Assembly (NCBI GenBank): GCA_021156165.1
Contig: JAJNBM010000003.1
Span: forward strand, 1,817 to 65,816
Reading direction: 5' to 3'
DNA: 64,000 nucleotides
Origin: Gammaproteobacteria bacterium
Lineage (GTDB): Bacteria > Pseudomonadota > Gammaproteobacteria > UBA1113
The notes under the pieces were generated by a model. It searched no databases and had not been told where the DNA came from. It was given only the letters and a program-made list of their open reading frames with translations. Made by a program: the position numbers and the translations under genes. Below, piece by piece: positions 19,857 to 28,009 of this stretch (within the stretch, counting starts at the first letter, position 1; each line of letters opens with the position of its first letter).

Positions 19857-20429
19857 CTAGCTACATAACTGTTTTATGGCTGGTATAATTTGCGCAAAAA
19901 TACTCCCATAAGCAGCTAACTGTGAAACAAGTTGGTTGCACTTATCTTTAAAACTTAGTTCCCCTACCGATTTTTCCGTCTCTGATATTAAATCATTAAT
20001 AGTTCTAAGCGCATCCCCTTGGAAATTTTTGTTCGCGGTGGATTTAAGCGCACTAAACACATTACTGTTATCAACAGTACTGTTAATAGTGCTTTGGCTC
20101 GAATTTAAGATAACATTAGATTGGTTTGCAGTTATATTATAGACTGGCTGCTCAGTACTTCTATTTTTTTGAATATTAGGTATTTTTTCTAATTTGCATT
20201 CATAGTGCGTAGTATCCACATCACCAGAAAAAAAATCGGCGTTAATGACCAAATACTCTTCTTGTACATTATTTGGTAAGAGCCTAATTACTGTATCCCC
20301 AGCAATAATTTTTACCTTCCTGTCAAAAATAAAAAGCTTATCTCTTTGTAGACTGGCCCTAATTCCATCGACCCTATCTTGCGTTTGACCATTTATTATT
20401 GAAATAACATCGTTCATAAGTTCGTGCAT
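19857..20429 (-). CDS. hypothetical protein, downstream member of a two-gene module
   Basis: 190 aa. Its start abuts the stop of the upstream gene. Shares a QPVYNIxA..SNV..N.QS.I motif with it. Confidence 0.5.
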   Translation of the reverse strand: MHELMNDVISIINGQTQDRVDGIRASLQRDKLFIFDRKVKIIAGDTVIRLLPNNVQEEYLVINADFFSGDVDTTHYECKLEKIPNIQKNRSTEQPVYNITANQSNVILNSSQSTINSTVDNSNVFSALKSTANKNFQGDALRTINDLISETEKSVGELSFKDKCNQLVSQLAAYGSIFAQIIPAIKQLCS

Positions 20430-21119
20430 TTATTTCTCCCCACTTGTGGTAATACTGCTTTGCTCTGTGTTTATGTTTACGTTTGAGTTAGTTGCTTGCA
20501 CGTTATAAACTGGTGGCTGGCTAGAGCTCGTGTATGGCTTTTCTGCTAATGCGTATTGAACTTCATTTTTAGGCTCGGATATAAGTTTAAGCCTAGTTTC
20601 TAAGGCACCTATTTGCCTTGAGAATAGATCAAGAAAAGCCCTATCTCGATTGGGATGCAGATCATATCTGTCCTGTGGAAACCATCTGTCATTACCACCA
20701 TAATTGATATGCTCTAACATCTGCATACAATCATCTTTCCAGCGTTTATATCCCTGTAAGTTAAAAATATGGAAGTACGCACTATTCAGTGATAATTCTC
20801 GTATAATCTCTGTTAATGTTTCTTGGCTTGGCTTATCTGTAGGTAATTCGCTGATAGGAACATATACCGCATAAAATTTTTGGTCTGAAAACCTGCTTCT
20901 CAACGCATCATATACTCGGGCCTCTATGTGCTTTTTTGCCTTATTAACTGAATAATAGATAGTGGGGCAAATTTCTTTAACGGGGTCAGAAAAGTCTTCT
21001 ACTTCTATGAAAATCACCTCAAATCGTACCGATTTATCGTATTTTTCATATTTAGAATACAGCTCTTTACCAGCACTGATATGATCTTCTATGATTTTTA
21101 TAATTGCTTGACTTGCCAT
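20430..21119 (-). CDS. hypothetical protein, upstream member of a two-gene module
   Basis: 229 aa with no known domain. C-terminal SSQPPVYNVQATNSNVNINTEQSSI is repeated in the partner protein. Confidence 0.5.
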   Translation of the reverse strand: MASQAIIKIIEDHISAGKELYSKYEKYDKSVRFEVIFIEVEDFSDPVKEICPTIYYSVNKAKKHIEARVYDALRSRFSDQKFYAVYVPISELPTDKPSQETLTEIIRELSLNSAYFHIFNLQGYKRWKDDCMQMLEHINYGGNDRWFPQDRYDLHPNRDRAFLDLFSRQIGALETRLKLISEPKNEVQYALAEKPYTSSSQPPVYNVQATNSNVNINTEQSSITTSGEK

Positions 21120-21321
21120 ACGCTAATCTCCTTTATGGATTAAAACTAAAATGATATGCCCTTCCCAAGCCTTAGAGACGTTTTTAAGGGCTTACCGCTA
21201 AATATTACTTTTTTAGTAATACCGCCCCTCTATATGGAGGTTATCAGTCTATTTTTCAAGGGGGAAAATTCGTAAAATAAAAAATAAGTCAAAATAAACC
21301 ACAAATAGTCACTATATTTTA

Positions 21322-21657
21322 TTATTTTTTATCTTGATGCCAAACCTGAGCATAAACCCCAGGGTATTCCTTGCCATTTTTATGCTTCATGGTGGTTTGT
21401 GTATCTGGCATTATACGCACATAGTCATAATCCTCATCGCCGCCTAGGCCAGTGGCAGCAGGCAGAAAAATAGGTTTATGGCCAAGGGTCGCATTGGCCT
21501 GGGCTACCTGTAGGTTTGCATCATTAACCAGATTATTGGCATGTTTAACCCAGAAAATTGTACCCACAATAATTAAACCACATACGCCCATGAGGATAAG
21601 AGAGATAAGGTTCCGCCTATCAATATGGGTGGCCAAGGTATTGACAGGCGAATTCAA
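21322..21657 (-). CDS. small single-pass membrane protein
   Basis: 111 aa with one hydrophobic helix (LISLILMGVCGLIIVGTIFWV). Confidence 0.4.
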   Translation of the reverse strand: MNSPVNTLATHIDRRNLISLILMGVCGLIIVGTIFWVKHANNLVNDANLQVAQANATLGHKPIFLPAATGLGGDEDYDYVRIMPDTQTTMKHKNGKEYPGVYAQVWHQDKK

Positions 21658-21916
21658 CTCGCTAATGCAATCACTGTTGTTCGTAGCTTAGCACAAATTA
21701 TATACCATATTTCCAATCAATGCGGGCAATGAAAGAATATGCACAGCTGACAGCTGAAGATATAGGATTACCGCTATATGGATCTGATAGCTCAAATGGG
21801 TTCAGAGCGGGTAAGCGTTGAGGAGCTTGACAAAGTCTACTTCTCTAGTTCTTATCTTATAACACTAAATACTTCATTAGGAGTCGCATATCCTAATAAG
21901 ATCGCGCTCATCTGGA

Positions 21917-23266
21917 TTAGCAGATTCTGCATTCACTATTTGAGCTTTCAGGGCTGCCCTGTACCTTAGGCGACTCTTTATCTACTTTCTTTTCATTATC
22001 GGAGCTAGAGCCAGTTGGGAAAAAGATAAATGGACTGTTCAAGGATGTGGCCATACTTAACACCTCCACTTCTTGTTGTTGCTTACTTAGCCTTAGCAAA
22101 CCGTTAGCTTCTTCTGGCTCATTCTTGAGTGGTGACTCTGCAGCCTTTGGCAAGGATAAAAAGCTAATTTTTCGCCTCCCCGTCTCTACTGGGGGACTAT
22201 TGGGGGTACTGGGAGACGCACTAGGCGCATTGGGCGCATCGGGATGATAGATAAATATCAAATCACGTAATAAATGTCGCGCTTCATCATATCCCTGTTG
22301 ATAGTAAGTTTCATTTAACCGATCCAACCCATCACTCAGTTTTATCCACGGTTGGGATGGAGAATCGTCACTATCTAACATTAAACCCATGGAATCCTTA
22401 AGTCTTGAAGGAACTGCAGAATACAGTTCGCTAATAACTTTTTTATTTTGTATAATGCTAGATAAAGGGGATTTATGCGCCTCATAATATGCTTCATGGT
22501 ATCTAGTGCATTCGTCCTTCAGCCACTTAATCTTTTCGTTATTATCTTCAGTATTATCTAAAAATTCAGAGCAGCGGCTATAATACCCGCTATTGTCCTC
22601 ATTCAATTCCTTAATCTTTTTCCTATTCTCCTCAATGCTATTCTTAAAAAAATCAGCAAGTTCTTTATCATATTTTCTATGGCTTCCATCTTCTTTGTTC
22701 AGTTCCATAATCTTTTTTTTATATTTTTCAATAGAACCTAGCAATTGAATATACCGTTTACAATATTCTTTATGCTCACTATATTTTTCATTCAGTCCTT
22801 TAATTTCTTCTTTACATTCCTCAATATTTTTAAAAAATTCCGTATAATGCTCACCATATTTTTTAAGTTTGTTATAATCTGCTTTGAGTTTTTTAATTTC
22901 AGCCCCGTTCCCTTTCTCGGCAGAGCTAGCTATAGAATTTATTTTCAATTCTATGATAGACATCTTCAACTCGAGAAGCGAGGAGTAAACAGCAGCACCC
23001 TTAAGACAACTTTCATACATAGCGTCTATTTCAGCCGCGCCTAAGAGCAGCTTAATATATTTTTCACTTTTTTGAATCCTCTTATAAAAAGCAGGATATT
23101 CCTGATGATAAAATTTTTGTCTTAAATTACGTTGTTCTGGATTAATTCCTTTAATTTTTTCTGCGTGCTCAATAGTTTCTTTAAGAAACCTCTCATAAAT
23201 CGAGACATAGTCTTCTTTGAGCCGACGTCTACGAACAGAAGCTGAATTTGGCGGAGTTGCAGCCAT
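21917..23266 (-). CDS. Lys/Glu-rich coiled-coil protein with Pro/Ser-rich C-terminal tail
   Basis: 449 aa with heptad-like KE-rich repeats. The tail reads PDAPNAPSASPSTPNSPP and ends ...SECRIC. Confidence 0.55.
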   Translation of the reverse strand: MAATPPNSASVRRRRLKEDYVSIYERFLKETIEHAEKIKGINPEQRNLRQKFYHQEYPAFYKRIQKSEKYIKLLLGAAEIDAMYESCLKGAAVYSSLLELKMSIIELKINSIASSAEKGNGAEIKKLKADYNKLKKYGEHYTEFFKNIEECKEEIKGLNEKYSEHKEYCKRYIQLLGSIEKYKKKIMELNKEDGSHRKYDKELADFFKNSIEENRKKIKELNEDNSGYYSRCSEFLDNTEDNNEKIKWLKDECTRYHEAYYEAHKSPLSSIIQNKKVISELYSAVPSRLKDSMGLMLDSDDSPSQPWIKLSDGLDRLNETYYQQGYDEARHLLRDLIFIYHPDAPNAPSASPSTPNSPPVETGRRKISFLSLPKAAESPLKNEPEEANGLLRLSKQQQEVEVLSMATSLNSPFIFFPTGSSSDNEKKVDKESPKVQGSPESSNSECRIC

Positions 23267-23377
23267 TTTATTACCAAACTAATTATTGTTATAATAAGCC
23301 ATAATATACCGAACAAACATTAAGGAAATATTAAGGGAATAAAATAATCAAAAAACAACAAATTAAAGTTGCCGTAC

Positions 23378-23803
23378 TTATATTTTTGCAATATTGTGAA
23401 TGACTTGTAATGCCGCCTCGGCACAATAACGTCCTTTATGATCTTTATTGGACACGCGTTCTAGGGCTTGAGCTTCGTTTTCTGTGGTCAAAACACCGAA
23501 AATAACGGGTATTCCTTCGTCTAAAGAAACCCTTAAACAGCCATCACTGACTTGCGAGCAAACGTAATCATAATGGCTGGTTTCGCCACGAATGACTGCC
23601 CCTAGGACTATAATGGCGGCAAATTTTTGGCTTTGGGCAAGCTTTTGCGCCATGATGGGTATCTCAATGGCACCTGGCACAAAAGTAGCATGAATTTGCT
23701 CTGAGCCTAACCCCAGTTCCAATAAACGCTTTTTTGTGCCCTCGAATAAGGCATCGGTAATAGTCTCATTAAATTGACTGCAAACTATGGCTATTTTAAG
23801 CAT
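23378..23803 (-). CDS. ribH: 6,7-dimethyl-8-ribityllumazine synthase
   Basis: Full-length match to the lumazine synthase fold. Part of the rib operon. Confidence 0.9.
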   Translation of the reverse strand: MLKIAIVCSQFNETITDALFEGTKKRLLELGLGSEQIHATFVPGAIEIPIMAQKLAQSQKFAAIIVLGAVIRGETSHYDYVCSQVSDGCLRVSLDEGIPVIFGVLTTENEAQALERVSNKDHKGRYCAEAALQVIHNIAKI

Positions 23804-25034
23804 AAACGTCTCCTGATAAAAAATGTCCCATTTTTTCTTGTTTGGTTTTTAGATAAGCTTCATTGTCCATGCTTGGCTTTATATGTAAATTTCGGCGCTT
23901 TAAAACATCTCCCGGCCAATGCTGTGCCAGTGCAGCCATTTTTAGAGGATTATTAGTTAACAATTCTATTTCTTCTACGTGTAAATATTTCAAAATATCA
24001 ATTGCCAAATTATAACATCGTGCGTCCATGGGAAACCCTAGAGAAAGGTTTGCCTCCACCGTATCCAAGCCTCTTTCTTGTAATAAATAAGCACGCATTT
24101 TGTTGGCTAACCCTATACCCCGCCCTTCTTGTTGCAGATAAATGAATATTCCCGTTTCTGTTTGCACCAATTGTTTTAAAGATTCTGCTAATTGTTGACC
24201 ACAGTCACAGCGCAAAGAAGAAAACACATCGCCGCTCAAACAACTAGAATGAATGCGCACTGTTGCTCGGCTAAAATCAGTGCCCTTGCTTAATACTATG
24301 GCTTCCTCATTGCTATATAGATTTTTATAAAGAGTCATATCAAATAAGCCATGTCGTGTAGGTAAACGACATTGGGCTAAAACCTCTAACACTGCCCTAT
24401 TCGGTATAGGCTCCCTGATTTGTTGTGATTCTTTAAGCCTATAAGAACGTAATTCAGCAATGGTGATCATAGGCAGCTGCCCTTCTTTTGCCCATTTTTT
24501 TAATGCCTCACCGCGCAGCATTGTGCCATCAGCCGCCATAATTTCACAGATAACGCCCGCTGGCGGTAGCCCTGCCAAACGCGCTAAATCCACCGCGGCT
24601 TCCGTATGACCTTGACGTTCTAAAACGCCATGAGCTGCAGCGCGTAAGGGAAATATGTGCCCAGGTTTATTTAAATCTTTTTCTCTAGATGTAGGATCAC
24701 TCGCAATTAAAATGGTACGGGCTCGATCTGCAGCAGAAATACCCGTTGTAATACCTGAGGCTGCATCTATGCTGATCGTAAAAGCCGTGCGCTGTTGCTC
24801 CGTATTTTCTGTAGGGGCGACCATCAAAGGTAGATTTAAACGATCTAATTGTTCACCCGTTAATGCTAAACAAATCAAACCGCTGCCCTCTTTCGCCATG
24901 AAAGCAATCGTTTCGGCTGTGATAAGGGATGCCGCGGCAATTAGATCGCCTTCATTTTCTCTCTCTTCATCGTCGGTTACGACTACCATACCGCCATTGC
25001 GGATTTGTTCGATAGCTTCTTTAATATGATTCAT
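23796..25034 (-). CDS. ribBA: bifunctional DHBP synthase / GTP cyclohydrolase II
   Basis: N-terminal RibB block (GGMVVVTDDEERENEGDL) and the C-terminal RibA zinc-binding CxxGxxxxCxC. Confidence 0.95.
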   Translation of the reverse strand: MNHIKEAIEQIRNGGMVVVTDDEERENEGDLIAAASLITAETIAFMAKEGSGLICLALTGEQLDRLNLPLMVAPTENTEQQRTAFTISIDAASGITTGISAADRARTILIASDPTSREKDLNKPGHIFPLRAAAHGVLERQGHTEAAVDLARLAGLPPAGVICEIMAADGTMLRGEALKKWAKEGQLPMITIAELRSYRLKESQQIREPIPNRAVLEVLAQCRLPTRHGLFDMTLYKNLYSNEEAIVLSKGTDFSRATVRIHSSCLSGDVFSSLRCDCGQQLAESLKQLVQTETGIFIYLQQEGRGIGLANKMRAYLLQERGLDTVEANLSLGFPMDARCYNLAIDILKYLHVEEIELLTNNPLKMAALAQHWPGDVLKRRNLHIKPSMDNEAYLKTKQEKMGHFLSGDVYA

Positions 25035-25161
25035 ATAGCCCCCTCTGTATTATACTTTTGTGATTATCTTGGTTCCTAGCTTGCAGGTCATATCACGGTG
25101 ATATCCCCGTCGTGCCCATGCTTGCGCGCGGCGGGGGCTTCTAATATTCTGTAAATCCATA

Positions 25162-25812
25162 TCAGCCCGCGATTTCATTGTAACCATTCAATCTAGAGGC
25201 TGGGCGATTGAGCACATACTTAGCCAAAATATCAAACTCTAAATTAACCTCTATTCCAACTTGATAATCGGCAGCAATCGTTATTTTTTGTGTGTGCGGT
25301 ATTAAACTCACTGTAAAATAGTTTTCATACACACCCATAATCGTCAAACTCATCCCGTCAATAGCAATTTGTCCTTTAGGGACGAGGTAAGGTAAAAAAT
25401 CTTGATGTGCTAAAAACTTGACTGTTTTGGCACTCCCTTCTGTATCCATACCTATAATGGTCGTTTTAGTATCGACGTGGCCCAAAACAAAATGTCCGCC
25501 TATACGACCTTGTGCCACTAAAGCGCGTTCTACATTCACGGTTTGCTCCAAAGATAAGTTAGACAGCGTAGTCACCCGTAATGTTTCAGACACTAGCTCT
25601 ACGCAACACGTATCTGCCATTATTTCTATAATGGTTAAACAAACACCGTTTACGGCTAGACTATCGCCTATTTTCAAATCATCTAAAAAGGGCTTCTTGC
25701 GCAATGTTAACTTCAAGCCTTCTAGATTTGGATGTAAAGCAATAACCTCAGTAAACCCTTCCACTAAACCGGTAAACATATTTTTTTCTCCACTTTTTTG
25801 AGAGTTAGACAA
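25162..25812 (-). CDS. ribE: riboflavin synthase alpha subunit
   Basis: MFTGLVEG... lumazine-binding repeats. The start is probably the Met at 25779. Confidence 0.9.
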   Translation of the reverse strand: MSNSQKSGEKNMFTGLVEGFTEVIALHPNLEGLKLTLRKKPFLDDLKIGDSLAVNGVCLTIIEIMADTCCVELVSETLRVTTLSNLSLEQTVNVERALVAQGRIGGHFVLGHVDTKTTIIGMDTEGSAKTVKFLAHQDFLPYLVPKGQIAIDGMSLTIMGVYENYFTVSLIPHTQKITIAADYQVGIEVNLEFDILAKYVLNRPASRLNGYNEIAG

Positions 25813-26882
25813 ACATCCGGCGCTAAAAAAAGCATTTCTTCAATTTGCCAACTTTGTTCCGATATAAGATCGAGAGATCTCAAGGGCGACAATGCTTCTG
25901 TATGGCCAATAAATTTGGGTGCTAAGTAAATTATTATTTTTTGTAACAAGGCTTGACGATAAAAAGAAGTTAAAATTCTAGAACCCCCTTCGACCAATAG
26001 ACTGGAAATGTGCTTTTCCCCTAGATCTTTTAATACAAATAACAGATCTGTCATTCCTTCCTCTGTCGTGGGTGCAATAATAACGCTAACGCCTTGACTC
26101 TCTATACGTTGGCGCCAAGAAGGCAAGGAATGTTCCGTAGTATAAACCAATGTTTTAGAAGCTAACGGGCTATTGAATAGATGCAAATGGTGTGGTAAAT
26201 CCCCTTTGGCACTTAAAATAATGCGCCACGGCTGAAGATTTGGATCTAAATTTAAATCTTTGCGACGCACCGTTAATTGAGGATCATCCGTAATTGCAGT
26301 GTTGGCACCTACTAGAATAGCCGCAACGGCCTGTCGTAAACGATGGCTGTGTTCAAGGGCAGCTGTTGAAGTCAATTGTCGTGACTGGCCAGAGGGAACG
26401 CTTATTTTACCATCTAGGCTCATCGCCCATTTGGCCATCACAAAGGGCTGTTTTTGGGTAATGTAATGGAAGAAAATTTGGTTTAACGCCAGGGCTTCGT
26501 CGGCACAACAACCTATATGAACCGCAATCCCGGCGGCGCGCAATTGCGCCAGGCCTTGCCCAGCAACCAGCGGATTTGGATCAACTACCGCTAGATGTAC
26601 GCAGCTCACCTTAGCCGCAATTAATGCCGCTACACAAGAGCCCGTTCTACCTTCATGGCAACAAGGCTCTAAGTTTACATAAATCTCCGCTCCTGCCGCT
26701 AAAGTACCCGCTTCGTGTAAGGCAACGATTTCAGCATGAGGCTCACCTGCACGTTGATGCCAGCCGCGGCCTACAACTTGCCCCCTATTTACTATGACAC
26801 AACCCACCATGGGATTTGGGGCACAGCTATAGCGGCCTTGCTCTGCTAAGGTTAAAGCTTCGTGCATATAAGGATTCATCAT
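25764..26882 (-). CDS. ribD: bifunctional riboflavin deaminase/reductase
   Basis: CMP/dCMP deaminase zinc motif HAE...PCxxC, and a C-terminal reductase domain. Confidence 0.95.
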   Translation of the reverse strand: MMNPYMHEALTLAEQGRYSCAPNPMVGCVIVNRGQVVGRGWHQRAGEPHAEIVALHEAGTLAAGAEIYVNLEPCCHEGRTGSCVAALIAAKVSCVHLAVVDPNPLVAGQGLAQLRAAGIAVHIGCCADEALALNQIFFHYITQKQPFVMAKWAMSLDGKISVPSGQSRQLTSTAALEHSHRLRQAVAAILVGANTAITDDPQLTVRRKDLNLDPNLQPWRIILSAKGDLPHHLHLFNSPLASKTLVYTTEHSLPSWRQRIESQGVSVIIAPTTEEGMTDLLFVLKDLGEKHISSLLVEGGSRILTSFYRQALLQKIIIYLAPKFIGHTEALSPLRSLDLISEQSWQIEEMLFLAPDVCLTLKKVEKKICLPV

Positions 26883-26977
26883 TCACCCATTTACAATGAC
26901 AATACGTAGGGCGAATGATTAAGAAAGAAACAACATAGCAGCGCCAAATGCGGTGCTTAAACCGATTGATTCTCTTC

Positions 26978-27262
<285 letters not shown>

Positions 27263-27327
27263 GCAGTATTGTGGAAGAAAATAAAAGGTCTGTCAAGATG
27301 TATACCACTCGGCTTAGAATTATGGCA

Positions 27328-27894
27328 TTATTCCCACCTGTTTATTTTCAGAGCTTCGCCAACAATCATCTCACTGAATAATTTCTCTGCGGTTTGCCCT
27401 ACTTTTATTAAATCATACATTTCTGCGCTCATAAAATTTAATTCTTTTGCTTTGTGCAACTGTGCTAATGTGGCATCATAATAATTACCCGCATTTAAGA
27501 TTCCAAATTTCTTGGTAATTAATCCCACATGCATTTGACTTAACATATCGAAAAATTCGTCTAAAGAACCTACGCCGCCGGGTAATAAAATAAATCCATC
27601 AGCTTTTTCACAAATAATCTGTTTGCGTTCACTCATAGACTTAACTGAAATTAACTCTGACAACGAATCGTGTGCTAATTCTTTATTGATTAGAAACTCG
27701 GGTATGATGCCGGTAATTTTACAGTTATGCTGTATAGCTGTATCGGCCACTAAGCCCATAATTCCTACCTTGCCCCCACCATAGATCACCTCAATATTAT
27801 TTTCCGCTAATAACCGTACAAGATTGGCCACTTCTTTTAATAAACCAGGATCGGAACCTCTGGCTGCGCCACAAAATATTGCTACACTTTTCAT
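27328..27894 (-). CDS. LOG-family cytokinin riboside 5'-monophosphate phosphoribohydrolase-like protein
   Basis: GGGxxGIMG and PGGVGSLDE motifs, as in the TIGR00730 / YgdH family. Confidence 0.8.
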   Translation of the reverse strand: MKSVAIFCGAARGSDPGLLKEVANLVRLLAENNIEVIYGGGKVGIMGLVADTAIQHNCKITGIIPEFLINKELAHDSLSELISVKSMSERKQIICEKADGFILLPGGVGSLDEFFDMLSQMHVGLITKKFGILNAGNYYDATLAQLHKAKELNFMSAEMYDLIKVGQTAEKLFSEMIVGEALKINRWE

Positions 27895-27972
27895 GTTTAT
27901 TTTCCTCTATTTTTTTATATCTGCTACACTCTAAAATGCAGATGATCTAAAATTTCATGTGATCATTTAGAA

Positions 27973-28000
27973 GGACGGCTCACGAGTCGCCCCTAAATAG
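27973..28000. repeat. degenerate REP-like hairpin
   Basis: ggacggc-tcacga-gtcgccc-ctaaatag. Compare the perfect copy gggcggc-ttacga-gccgccc-ctacagc at 55021. Confidence 0.35.
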
Positions 28001-28009
28001 ATCTACGCT

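Noticed and set aside
22745-23044. 99-aa Phe/Ile-rich ORF antisense to the coiled-coil gene
   Set aside because: Mirror-image low-complexity frame of a K/E-rich coding region.
23255-23266. C-terminal CRIC of the coiled-coil protein as a CaaX prenylation box
   Set aside because: Arg at a1 is not aliphatic, so this is not a canonical CaaX. Kept only as a weak note.
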